Positions 21,001 to 26,879 of a DNA stretch of 28,553 bases are shown one piece after another; within the stretch, counting starts at the first letter, position 1; every line of letters starts with the position of its first letter. Under the pieces are notes generated by a model. It did not search any database. It was given only the letters and a program-made list of their open reading frames with translations, and was not told where the DNA came from. The position numbers and the translations under genes were made by a program. Source of the DNA: a virus (taxonomy: Duplodnaviria > Caudoviricetes); the IMG/VR virus record IMGVR_UViG_3300044267_002921, positions 1 through 28,553 of that record. One strand, 5' to 3'.

Positions 21001-23312
21001 ACGAAAAAATAGCTGCTGAGAATGGTTTAAGAAAATTTCATACAGATGACGGCTTCATTACAAAAGAAAATTTAGGGCCTCTAGCTGATTATTACGGGCC
21101 TAAAAATATCATAGACGCCATCAATGCCTTAAGAAGACCTAAATACGGCGAGCTCGCTAAGTTTATGGCAGGTGTTTCTGCCTACACTATGGCTAACTTG
21201 ACTTCTAGGAGACCTAGAACCCACGCACGTAACTTTGTAGGCAACACTTTATTCTTAACCGCTTCTGGAATGCCTTTAACTGCAATAAGCACTGTCTTAG
21301 GTAGTGCTTTTTCTCCAGTGGCGAGGGCTACTAAACTAAATAAAGTACCAGTTATTAAAAACTTTGTAGGTAGAAGGGCTGGAGGACAGGCTTTACGTGA
21401 TGCTGCTTTCTCTGCTTTTGCGGGAGATGATAAAGTTAATTCTTGGATGCGCGACACGTTTATAAGTGATGAAGGCCCGGCGTTTACAGGGGAAGAAACC
21501 AGAAATTTGAGAGAAGAGTATGCCTCTATCGGTATATCTGGGCAAGACGTGTTCACTAACTTAAGAAGAGAGTTATTAAACTCTAAAGACGAATCGGTTG
21601 TCTTTGACACTCTTTCTAGGTTTGGTTTAATGGGAGGCCCTTTAGCCACAAAAGTAACTGACTCAGCTTATTATTTAGAAAATATGGCTTCTCAGTTTTA
21701 CAGTGCGGAAGATGATTTTTGGAAGATAACAATGTATGAAGGTCAGCTCACTAAACTTGCAAGTGTGTTTGGTATTACAGGTAAAGACATTGATTCAGAT
21801 GTTGAGTTCGCTCCCTTACAATTAAGGAGTATGTTAGACGGCATCAGCGAAAGCACTGCGGATAAGATTTTAAGAACTTTTAAACCGCTAACAAACACTC
21901 AAAGAGAATTAGCAAGTGTTGACAAAAAAGCCGCAGCAATTTTAATGTTAAAAACTGCGGCGGCTGATCGAGTTAAGGCTTCAATGCCTTTCTATTCTAA
22001 TACTTTAGCTATAGTAAAAGCTTTGAAGCGTTCAGGTGCGGGTACTTTTGTAGCCCCGTTTATTTCGTTTAGTTCTGAGGTTCTCAGGATTTCAGTAGAC
22101 GTACCCATGTTAGCAACTTCTGAAATTCTTTTAGGAAGGAAACTTGCCCAAGACCACCCAGACTTAGCTGACGTCGGTAAAAGATTAAATAGTATGGGTT
22201 TACAACGACTCACATCGAACATATTTACTATGGTTGCCGGGGCATCTTCAGTTGCTCTAACATTTACCTTGGTAAGTGCTCTTGTTAAGAAAGCCGAAGA
22301 AGCTTTATCTGGCGAAGATTTAGAAGACGAAGATTTATTAGCTGCGGCATTAAAAGAGTTTGTATCTCCAGATAAAGAGTCTGCCCTTAAAAGATTTTTG
22401 TCTGAGTGGTATAGCCAAGGTCACGTAGCGGTTTTAGATATAGACAAAGATGATAAAAAAGTTACGTGGGCGGACATATCGCATTTGATTCCTCAGTCAG
22501 ATATAACAGGCCCCATTACAAGGGTTCTACGGTCTTTGCCTTTAGGCCCAGCTAGTGACTTCTTTGGAACTTCTGATGAGTCATTTTTCAAGGCTGTCAG
22601 GGGAGGTTTCGGAGATCTATTTGGACCTTACTTTAACAGACAGATATGGGTTGAAGCTCTTTTAGGTTCAGGGTCACAAGAATCTATTTTAACAGGGCTA
22701 GAACAAGGATTAATTACCACAAAAGATATAGAGACAATTTCTAGAATTAAGGATGCTTTTGTTCCGGGGGTTATTCCCGACGTTAAAAAAGTTGTAGATG
22801 CTTTAATTAAAAAGGAATCAGTAGTTGGAGGAAGAAAGATAACACCTGTCCAAGAAGCAATGAGTGCTTTCCTTGGTCAGAAGATTATTACAACTGATAT
22901 GCCCGACAGGTTTGAGCGTAAACTAGCTTTTAGGAACGCTCAAATAAGAGAAACAAAACGCATACTTTCAAAGGCTCTACAAGGAGGGTCAACGCAATCT
23001 ATTTCAGATATAGAAAAAGCTACAGAAACAATGCTTAAACGACAAGAAGAAGCAATCCGCCAAATCCACAACGACTTTAAAGGAGCTTCTTTGTTGATGA
23101 CTGAAAGAGACGCTACAAAGATCATTAAAAATAGTAACTTAAGTAATGAAGTTCAACGAATGGTGTTAAGAGGATATTATAGACCAATGAAACCATCTAA
23201 GTCTCTTATAGAACGTGGCTACAAACAGGATAAAAAACTAGGTACAGAAGGTAACACTCGTGCCGCTTTAAATTTAATAAGAAAACAAAAAGTAAAATTA
23301 TTAGATGAGTAA
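12090..23312 (+). CDS. Giant (3740 aa) internal virion / large polyvalent protein with a zincin-like metallopeptidase motif
   Basis: Uninterrupted 11.2-kb ORF. Gly/Ala-rich hydrophobic hairpins (GGREAIEEG...GAGVGAAIGGILGLGVGG), VIHEVLH (HEVLH at 17907-17921) with a downstream EFITH, and a helical C-terminal region (EDDFWK...PFISFSSEVLR) of the kind seen in large phage ejection proteins. Confidence 0.75.
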   Translation: MSETLATWSEVEVEPFYQELSTENKLKALYEWEDLNYPYISKSTPDRMRNFRLGFYEKEARIKFPELPDDEIRDVIEGRIVNTEKDFLAGIQRTKSRDARFNSLKAGRSLYRNEEIVLNDVEKKWMDDNDIDNSFDTSWMVRKGLDEKDPEATEINYAVAAFGKDEFTNRILSNDLLTDGQKHKAIANFDKYNSHAVDDFVGYINSKRLDTYGVEFQADEEDEVLNVKYNPMFSTAERVKAIREQKEDYKPSEEVINNLITRWASKRGLGGVSDISPELREKLADFYTDGLLYNKETWGDEAVKKDSFGDPVVNPNYVNNYFSTGDIISDENVRNKLKTQNVPEVTIEGFLNQKQQQENQIASALIDQIYKLAPTEVSESKGVTGAVTGLTKFVNFVEANKKEGLEPREIIEKYKQDHKGNYISNIAAPLFGGAVLAGSQIARNIQGTALSLAGVDYGDELIETKATFDEGVQLLDNLRGSTSKYARMIGEEIGLLLKTGGTSTLVRRVTPWFRANRVKANHKNIADRLNKLAANIEVGDTLQNASNLKKFTDRLAFEGYAGLQTSRALTNFYSNSYLTTKNELIEAGVDESEAKQIARDGSIMPSMLAGAVTYGLMKVFPDGAEAFFSKANNQLTKTELAAALQVNKNDLGKLLGNPTFKKEVSNFLTEELGWKRLLKGGLVRTSKGALIGGGREAIEEGSAEFLEGLIEMWTFNEDLTLVEAAKGAGVGAAIGGILGLGVGGLRSYKNNTVNNPVINYRVNRLRTLADSIQGNNPRTAAVLTERADKIEQDTLVEQDQTSEVEVASEEASDLDLQREFITNDLYNLSTDASNISDDLSPEDRLAEAEELYKRINAVVQEKLPERLHKQNLFHARDIITKQAQVGNEMFARSDAEMLDNLFTEINSDLDLDSAEAQDLVRFKNDDIKRASYKSRKSILRRLRNIADSDPSEETEKLITGFEASLRALEAAAAINTYTGVETNPKVYANIFKSLNRWLENFQDVNEAFANNEITIPDLLNEVRGKGKASIPQLYGLANSQFKKAVNLYTDNGKNADKLSAIQRELYIYNLKDFFKPDAVFQLPSYKNLEITSVSDDPGAVDVMVRPVLNAVAGSPTLADAKSRFEAGVIDESQLRDVSRGLVTDYIGREGVNLSEADQEFASDLMLSDTFIRAGEDATTNLSEPNAINIVAEQFIEHLKEVYPNQDLNQLDANQLVEAYDSFALVGQNVGRLMSRVIPAAGYPNFIEDLTNLAKQTSPRNFAPTETEDVDTGDEIETFDVEGDIVDNEPSNVEGDLVKIYNRANDFLESNDISGGATYLDNQLNSGVLKGLNIDLISPTEVTEESLRQDVSTILRYNNENKNTEIVETKKIPTYQISNKLTTSLDDHIKPFIKNGVYLTKSSFIKKGQASPKKISKDERKALKEANQNIAELYPIKEIDNPQDLKVNMHRGVKDVVRGVTNYAQLLDKKALYTFHSVEDSEGNFVFTNNPYSVAKWLSTNKKESGKNTELNDPIKLPKEYTTKEGKRLLNKAFTLSKDGTEIIGVKINMPPGKEASNFAEVEAGNRGKILSAFSEYNKVKSTKPSDKRKEKKGISDELASELGLASDFEKVKYDPQKGNTLVDDELRTFFKGAVNPDVFKEGNVVGKNIIKFLSEQVSEVDSLEVIPTLLRSIFKTRLANSIPTRIRNDQAGIDVVNKVWDAWLKDLTTLNYGSKDKLIPLGYKNEFKNLIENSAGFVEGQGPAQLIFGNPKETKAYFLGDSVPEKIILDQKYNKSYKDIDHFKQLFSNRPTNSVEDALTGAADIADINENNVLSQSKADTKIPFISNKNVSSAVLRKAAALVKAELDELGVKDNNPETLRDALQLIVIGAQEGKYGEQYGNVASLLLNSGLLDTDNITLRVGEIEESLSGYYTETPTGKVIAISDSVSNGKGAHDLVIHEVLHSVLDNLVTNPKNSDQLLAVTALDTLIDKGREYFESLTENRLGAAKRANLQAVKEAETFKTSYLKSYIENSDSPFKEDFAENPTDVQLQNMYVLIRRDELKYSSYGNDIVQLSHAFGINKDNFFLDPQTSRKEFITHLLTDPTLHWYLKEIGKLESRGSLWNRMTRALSKGLGIENDDTQGLILQAFIGNLDGGENYVDHSTMKGLQEIAGVSIQDLYNAASYVETTPAFTGQPLEFSENAEQFEYVNKLGNDSVIRNAAAAFNVEITPVEEFDTPVITGRLQVQVPSEINEDTERSVMSKILASAYAEAFPPGYRKDVIASFKDRDPQIVDKFEVLAEEAGSFEELIGDALVDGYFESDYANLNYNVPLQDIRNTILLGNFGQRMASQMDTMVKAADSVLSERSYVADSFIADKNVDRRLIASKAARELDLKVGPDAYVEFTKESIDTKVPFANLIRDSVDDETTIEELEKIREYHLDQLETYSNSVLSDSRIAAAHEKMQLGELPARSYSKASTALDLTEEDRQSKKIIPSSWRPALTKFKNLIVAKKDPERDFADEGNTVDEILDFLEVASIPKVGRSVLDIIPQGFTVSGRGGAKFQRLVTELQNKLSGTRARLLGYRTAIPKLTKDLTGSTFENLLESDWSYEVSSEQSTEPHWLETNIRNGVKSYTAQDLYNDINDILGSTEDDVLIDDYLNNSPTAPFKAANRENLRDQKLREIGVHLSIYGKKMSKVKKLRQDNQLKQASVLEQEALSAKNTRVEAIKEKYSTLEVQLYTEAANFFRVKQEKAINRLRDLEDSFLDESSLENSILENILSLRKDVDNLSGVVQNSEILSRSVGKSNSIKLANLTIKMGAGNQIYLTRSYKGLETSAYDYWLSTFDEEAQKRYQSGFEYMHKQMAKEMADSWIASHPEMSAEEFKRDAFKKLSKEPEKIHERLKDTLKSFQRTKGANSSLGISNPKILLPRTDLPKELRFFAGSYQDNVYNAGRTLMSLSNLVANEEFLINVKALLEETSKETGAVAITKDEKIAAENGLRKFHTDDGFITKENLGPLADYYGPKNIIDAINALRRPKYGELAKFMAGVSAYTMANLTSRRPRTHARNFVGNTLFLTASGMPLTAISTVLGSAFSPVARATKLNKVPVIKNFVGRRAGGQALRDAAFSAFAGDDKVNSWMRDTFISDEGPAFTGEETRNLREEYASIGISGQDVFTNLRRELLNSKDESVVFDTLSRFGLMGGPLATKVTDSAYYLENMASQFYSAEDDFWKITMYEGQLTKLASVFGITGKDIDSDVEFAPLQLRSMLDGISESTADKILRTFKPLTNTQRELASVDKKAAAILMLKTAAADRVKASMPFYSNTLAIVKALKRSGAGTFVAPFISFSSEVLRISVDVPMLATSEILLGRKLAQDHPDLADVGKRLNSMGLQRLTSNIFTMVAGASSVALTFTLVSALVKKAEEALSGEDLEDEDLLAAALKEFVSPDKESALKRFLSEWYSQGHVAVLDIDKDDKKVTWADISHLIPQSDITGPITRVLRSLPLGPASDFFGTSDESFFKAVRGGFGDLFGPYFNRQIWVEALLGSGSQESILTGLEQGLITTKDIETISRIKDAFVPGVIPDVKKVVDALIKKESVVGGRKITPVQEAMSAFLGQKIITTDMPDRFERKLAFRNAQIRETKRILSKALQGGSTQSISDIEKATETMLKRQEEAIRQIHNDFKGASLLMTERDATKIIKNSNLSNEVQRMVLRGYYRPMKPSKSLIERGYKQDKKLGTEGNTRAALNLIRKQKVKLLDE

Positions 23313-23598
23313 AAAAACTAAAGATCCAAGATTAGCAAGAATAGGAGCCAGTAGATATAACCAAGCGGTAACCACACCGGGGCATCCTACAAAATCTCAT
23401 GCCGTAGTAGCTAAAAAAGACGGAAAAGTTAAACTAATCCGTTTTGGTGAAAAGGGTGCAAGTACTGCTGGTAAACCTAAGGCTGGTGAGTCTCGCAGAA
23501 TGAAGATGAAACGTAAGTCTTTTAAAGCGAGACACGCTAAGAACATTGCAAGAGGACCTATGTCAGCAGCTTACTGGGCTAACAAGGTTAAATGGTAG
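23305..23598 (+). CDS. Conserved small basic phage protein (DUF6321/DUF5754-like)
   Basis: 97 aa with motifs KVKLIRFG, RKSFKARH and SAAYWANKVKW, recalled from aquatic phage proteins. Confidence 0.75.
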   Translation: MSKKTKDPRLARIGASRYNQAVTTPGHPTKSHAVVAKKDGKVKLIRFGEKGASTAGKPKAGESRRMKMKRKSFKARHAKNIARGPMSAAYWANKVKW

Positions 23599-23669
23599 AA
23601 CCCCCAGATATACCTATTCCAATATTAATAGGTTTGATTATTCTTCTTTTGATTCTTGTGTTGCGATAA
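23592..23669 (+). CDS. Putative 25-aa single-pass membrane mini-protein (not in the ORF track)
   Basis: MVEPPDIPIPILIGLIILLLILVLR*. Overlaps the previous gene by 7 nt and ends 4 nt before the convergent gene. Confidence 0.45.
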   Translation: MVEPPDIPIPILIGLIILLLILVLR

Positions 23670-23673
23670 GCAA

Positions 23674-23895
23674 CTAATAGCCGTAACCACCGGAACTCTT
23701 CTTAGCCTTCTTAGAGACTATCTTTTTCTTAAGCATTTTAGCTCCAGAGCTTTTACCTTGTTTATCTTTTTTGTCTTTTTTGTGCATCCAACCTTTGTTG
23801 TTTAATTTTAAATGCTCCTCGTACGACTTAGTCATCCTACCCGGACCCCCGTCGGGGGGATACATCATGTGATGTTCGTAGTCTGCTTTCTTCAT
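23674..23895 (-). CDS. Small basic hypothetical phage protein
   Basis: 73 aa with an HMMY...EEHL...GW.H motif and a Lys-rich tail. Confidence 0.75.
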   Translation of the reverse strand: MKKADYEHHMMYPPDGGPGRMTKSYEEHLKLNNKGWMHKKDKKDKQGKSSGAKMLKKKIVSKKAKKSSGGYGY

Positions 23896-23930
23896 GTGTT
23901 GGGTTTTGAGTGTTGGGTGTTGGGTGTTGA
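23896..23930. repeat. Five tandem degenerate heptamers GT(G/T)TTG(G/A)
   Basis: gtgttgg gttttga gtgttgg gtgttgg gtgttga, directly abutting the start codon at 23895 (- strand). Confidence 0.85.
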
Positions 23931-23937
23931 GTAGAGT

Positions 23938-24132
23938 TTAGTCTGTCTCAACGATATCAAGTCCGATACAAAACTTAGGAGGTATTACTTTAGCTTGAAC
24001 ATCTACTCCTACGCTTACTGAAGGATTTGTAAATGGTACAGGTAAAGAAGCTCCTGTGTTTATGGACTCACATGACACGCCGCAAGCTAGAATAAAAGCG
24101 GCCCCTAATAGCTTAACAATCTTATAGTTCAT
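23938..24132 (-). CDS. Small putative lipoprotein
   Basis: 64 aa. MNYKIVKLLGAAFILACGVSC signal peptide with lipobox-like cysteines. Confidence 0.7.
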   Translation of the reverse strand: MNYKIVKLLGAAFILACGVSCESINTGASLPVPFTNPSVSVGVDVQAKVIPPKFCIGLDIVETD

Positions 24133-24346
24133 TTATTAATTAAACACCATTTATACGTAATTGCAACTAAGGCTCTTAAATGACGATTATGTTTCTTTTA
24201 AAGTTTATCTTTAAATAGTGCCTTTTGGTATATTAATACATGATATATCCAAATGCCTACAAAATGGACCAGAAGCCTATAAAGCCAAGTTCAGGGGAAG
24301 TTATATTAGTCATAATATCTTTAGTAGTTTTAATGATTATATTTAT

Positions 24347-24715
24347 TTAAGCACCCCACATAACCCTTACCCTGAACATTTCCCTACGAACCCAGCCATA
24401 TATCTGTCCGTTTAAGTCCTTATACTGCATTCTAAAGGATATATACTCGTTAAAGTTGCTTCTAAGCGGCGCATACGGCCTAAACCACTCGTAATTTGGG
24501 TCTATAACGTTGTTTTCATCTACTTGCTTGACCTCGACTATGTACCAAATAGGACGGTCAAAAGTAGAATCTGAAATCCAACCTAAAGTTACCGTCCCAC
24601 TATAGATGTCATGTTCTATAGTTATTTCAGGTACTGGAGGTACGGTTCCCCAATGATCATCTGCTTGAAGTAATGGGGCTATACTACAAAACAGGGCTGT
24701 TAACAGCCATCTCAC
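24347..24715 (-). CDS. Secreted protein with a small beta-sandwich (Fn3-like) domain
   Basis: 122 aa with a GTG start and signal peptide MRWLLTALFCSIAPLLQA. The pattern VTLGW...WYIVEVK...FRVRV resembles Fn3 strands. Confidence 0.65.
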   Translation of the reverse strand: MRWLLTALFCSIAPLLQADDHWGTVPPVPEITIEHDIYSGTVTLGWISDSTFDRPIWYIVEVKQVDENNVIDPNYEWFRPYAPLRSNFNEYISFRMQYKDLNGQIYGWVRREMFRVRVMWGA

Positions 24716-24716
24716 A

Positions 24717-25010
24717 TTAATGCTCCTTTGGCACTCCGTTGTATAATTTCGACATTACTTTGTCCATATCCATTTCTAACATTCCTATTTTTAAGTCTTG
24801 CCTAACATCTGATGGTAAAGATCCAGACCCCCACTTACCTGCGGGCCACAGTTTAACAAACTCTGAATTCTCGCTAACGTCTTTAGCGATCATCTGGATT
24901 TGAAAATCGTTGTGCTGAACATCTGATTGTAATTTAGATGCCCACCACACAATGCCAGCAGCCTGTACTACAAGACCTATTCCTAATGATAATAATGTTT
25001 TAGTGTCCAT
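24717..25010 (-). CDS. Membrane-anchored coiled-coil protein
   Basis: 97 aa. N-terminal TM segment (LLSLGIGLVVQAAGIVWWAS) followed by a heptad-like region. Confidence 0.75.
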   Translation of the reverse strand: MDTKTLLSLGIGLVVQAAGIVWWASKLQSDVQHNDFQIQMIAKDVSENSEFVKLWPAGKWGSGSLPSDVRQDLKIGMLEMDMDKVMSKLYNGVPKEH

Positions 25011-25012
25011 GT

Positions 25013-25252
25013 TTAAGCTGATCTAGCTCTTCGTATAGTTCCTGCTCTGTAAGCCCGTGCTTCGGCTTCGGTGTAAGGCACTCTTTTAGCTCCCGGGTGT
25101 TTTCCTTTCTTCCCTACATCCCCACCCAACATATCTCGAGAGTCTCTAGGTAAGTACCTTTCGCCTGTTTCAGAAGACTTTTTTCCAGACGCAGTACCCC
25201 AGTCTTCTTTGGTCCAATCAATTAGATCTTGCTGTGACTTTTTATACGCCAT
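25013..25252 (-). CDS. DUF5872-like protein, C-terminal half
   Basis: 79 aa with the motif SQQDL.DWTKEDWGT.SGK.S..TGERYLP. Confidence 0.7.
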   Translation of the reverse strand: MAYKKSQQDLIDWTKEDWGTASGKKSSETGERYLPRDSRDMLGGDVGKKGKHPGAKRVPYTEAEARAYRAGTIRRARSA

Positions 25253-25437
25253 CAGTTAGTATATCCTCCCCCTGCTTTTTTGTACTGCATTGCCAACAGT
25301 TGGGCTTTACGTGCAGACCACTGTCCCGGCTTACCTCCTTTTGTTCCTGCTAAAATCTTACGGAAAAGCCTTTTACGCATTCCGGGCTTAGTATAATTAC
25401 CCGCTTTGTTAACAGTAGATTTCTTTTTCTTAGCCAT
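25252..25437 (-). CDS. DUF5872-like protein, N-terminal half
   Basis: 61 aa with the motif YTKP..R.....I.AG.KGGKPGQWSARKAQLLA..YKKAGGGY. TGATG overlap with the next gene. Confidence 0.75.
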   Translation of the reverse strand: MAKKKKSTVNKAGNYTKPGMRKRLFRKILAGTKGGKPGQWSARKAQLLAMQYKKAGGGYTN

Positions 25438-25438
25438 A

Positions 25439-25747
25439 TCAATTAGCGTATGGAGAACTTATTGTCCAAGAAGACCTGTCTATATTTGGCGTGTTTATAA
25501 ATAAAGGCATATTATCTCCTTTAGTTCCTGCCACGTTGTACCAAAAAAATTCAGTGGCTTCTTCTTCAGACATTCCATCTTCCATAAGAATCTTAATACT
25601 TCTCTCAATGGAGTATACAGCTCTAGGAGAACTGTCTTCCCCAGCAATACCTAAAAAAGCACCGTCTAATTCATCTGGTATAATTACTTCGGTTTCTTCG
25701 TCTGAAACTACAGTTCCAATAAATTCCTCAATGTCATCCCTTGTCAT
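25439..25747 (-). CDS. Conserved acidic hypothetical phage protein
   Basis: 102 aa with the motif LDGAFLG...RAVYS...GMSEEEA.EFF.YN..G...P.F, recalled as common in phages. Confidence 0.75.
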   Translation of the reverse strand: MTRDDIEEFIGTVVSDEETEVIIPDELDGAFLGIAGEDSSPRAVYSIERSIKILMEDGMSEEEATEFFWYNVAGTKGDNMPLFINTPNIDRSSWTISSPYAN

Positions 25748-25847
25748 GTTTTTTCTTTTTTACCCAAGGAGCGGTAGTTATATTAGGTTTTTTGGCTGTG
25801 GACTTCTTTGCTCCAGTTTTTTTAGGTTGTTTTCCGTATTTAGCCAT
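25734..25847 (-). CDS. Small Lys-rich peptide (37 aa)
   Basis: MAKYGKQPKKTGAKKSTAKKPNITTAPWVKKKKHDKG. ATG 25847 is preferred over 25919 because it avoids overlap with the upstream gene. Confidence 0.55.
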   Translation of the reverse strand: MAKYGKQPKKTGAKKSTAKKPNITTAPWVKKKKHDKG

Positions 25848-25887
25848 AATTAAAGATACCATAAATACGGATAAATCAAGTACACAA

Positions 25888-26220
25888 TTAGGGAGCACTT
25901 GTGCTAAATAACCATCCACATAGTTTAGGGTTCCTCGTAAGAACAGTCCTCAACCCTGTAGCAGTCCTAGAAGTAAAAGATTCTTCGCTAGAACTGTCAG
26001 TTAATTCCATGTGGAAGTGTATTGCGTGTAATATTTCGTGAAGGAAAACGTCTTTTGTTCCGTCCGGGGGTAGATCATCCCGAACTAATATAAGTTGTTC
26101 ACTCGTGTGACACCTGCCCATTTCTTCGTCTGATAGGGTAGACGTTAGCTCTAGCTTATATTTATGAGCTAAAACATCTACATGTGTGCAAGGAGGACAG
26201 TTAGCCTTGGTTTTTTTCAT
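25888..26220 (-). CDS. Small zincin-like (HExxH) metallopeptidase-fold protein
   Basis: 110 aa. MGRC...LILV...VFLHEILHAI followed by an EE pair. Confidence 0.75.
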   Translation of the reverse strand: MKKTKANCPPCTHVDVLAHKYKLELTSTLSDEEMGRCHTSEQLILVRDDLPPDGTKDVFLHEILHAIHFHMELTDSSSEESFTSRTATGLRTVLTRNPKLCGWLFSTSAP

Positions 26221-26483
26221 TAGCCTTGGCGTCTTTTAATCCTTCTTTTACGCTTCATTCGAGCGAATGTAGCTTTTCTTGCCCCATCAGATCTATTTTG
26301 TTTTCTGTCTCCCAAACCAGCAATAGACCCATTCTTGTGGACTAAGTCTTTACCAGCAGGAGTTTTACCATAGTGACCCATGGTTCGAGCACGTTTATTT
26401 AACTCTGACCTGTACTTTCTACGTCTAGTAGAAGATTGATCTCGTTCGTACTCTTTCTTGTAATCTCTCTTTTTAGTAGCCAT
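26220..26483 (-). CDS. Basic HNH-like phage protein (degenerate)
   Basis: 87 aa with the pattern RDYKKEY...GKDLVHK...NRS, typical of small phage HNH-related proteins. Confidence 0.55.
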   Translation of the reverse strand: MATKKRDYKKEYERDQSSTRRRKYRSELNKRARTMGHYGKTPAGKDLVHKNGSIAGLGDRKQNRSDGARKATFARMKRKRRIKRRQG

Positions 26484-26487
26484 AACC

Positions 26488-26521
26488 TGTCGGGGATACG
26501 ATACAACGTACCCCCGGACAA
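26488..26521 (-). promoter_or_regulatory. GC-rich inverted repeat overlapping a putative leftward promoter
   Basis: Arms TGTCGGGGATACG (26488-26500) and CGTACCCCCGGACA (26507-26520). The - strand reads TTGTCC-17 bp-TATCCC-9 nt-ATG(26483). Confidence 0.45.
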
Positions 26522-26542
26522 GTCACGGACGATTAAAGAACT

Positions 26543-26869
26543 TTAAGAGTCTTTCTTTTTAAGGAAATCCTCTATAACTCCTTCTAATAGAAGGTCTGAC
26601 AGGTCTATACCTGCATCTTGACCGTCTTTATAGTCGAAGTTTAGTTCTATATTTCGCATCAATATCTCTCGAAAGTTGTCGGGAGACCCTTCAACAATCT
26701 CTAGAGTTTTTACTGTAGACACAAAGAATTGAACTAAGCCCTGCATTACATCAAAAGCTTTGATTTCTTTGTCGTCTAGAGCACCTGCAAAGGCAGCGAT
26801 TAATTCCTCTGCAAGTTCGCACCCTACCTCAGTAGGTTCATGTACGAAGTTTTCATCATCTAGTTCCAT
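26543..26869 (-). CDS. Acidic helical hypothetical protein
   Basis: The ORF track starts at 26926. ATG 26869 (MELDDEN) avoids overlap, and ATG 26899 is also possible. Confidence 0.7.
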   Translation of the reverse strand: MELDDENFVHEPTEVGCELAEELIAAFAGALDDKEIKAFDVMQGLVQFFVSTVKTLEIVEGSPDNFREILMRNIELNFDYKDGQDAGIDLSDLLLEGVIEDFLKKKDS

Positions 26870-26879
26870 AGTAGAAACT

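Noticed and set aside
13505-23125. Minus-strand ORFs inside the giant gene, and similar ones at 1980, 2439, 3407, 3853, 5234, 5778, 7948, 9456, 9917 and 11897
   Set aside because: Antisense shadows of long + strand genes, with S/L/F/P-biased composition and no motifs.
12090-23312. Virion RNA polymerase (N4- or crAss-type) or DarB-like methylase/helicase
   Set aside because: No convincing catalytic motif. DLDLD and DIDSD occur only in acidic contexts without the expected flanks, and I found no Walker A, DExH or NPPY/F. A structure search is needed to exclude this fully.
23612-23650. Rho-independent terminator at the strand convergence
   Set aside because: The stem is AT-rich with an 8-nt loop and an interrupted U-tract, so it is too weak to call. 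It also lies within a plausible mini-ORF.
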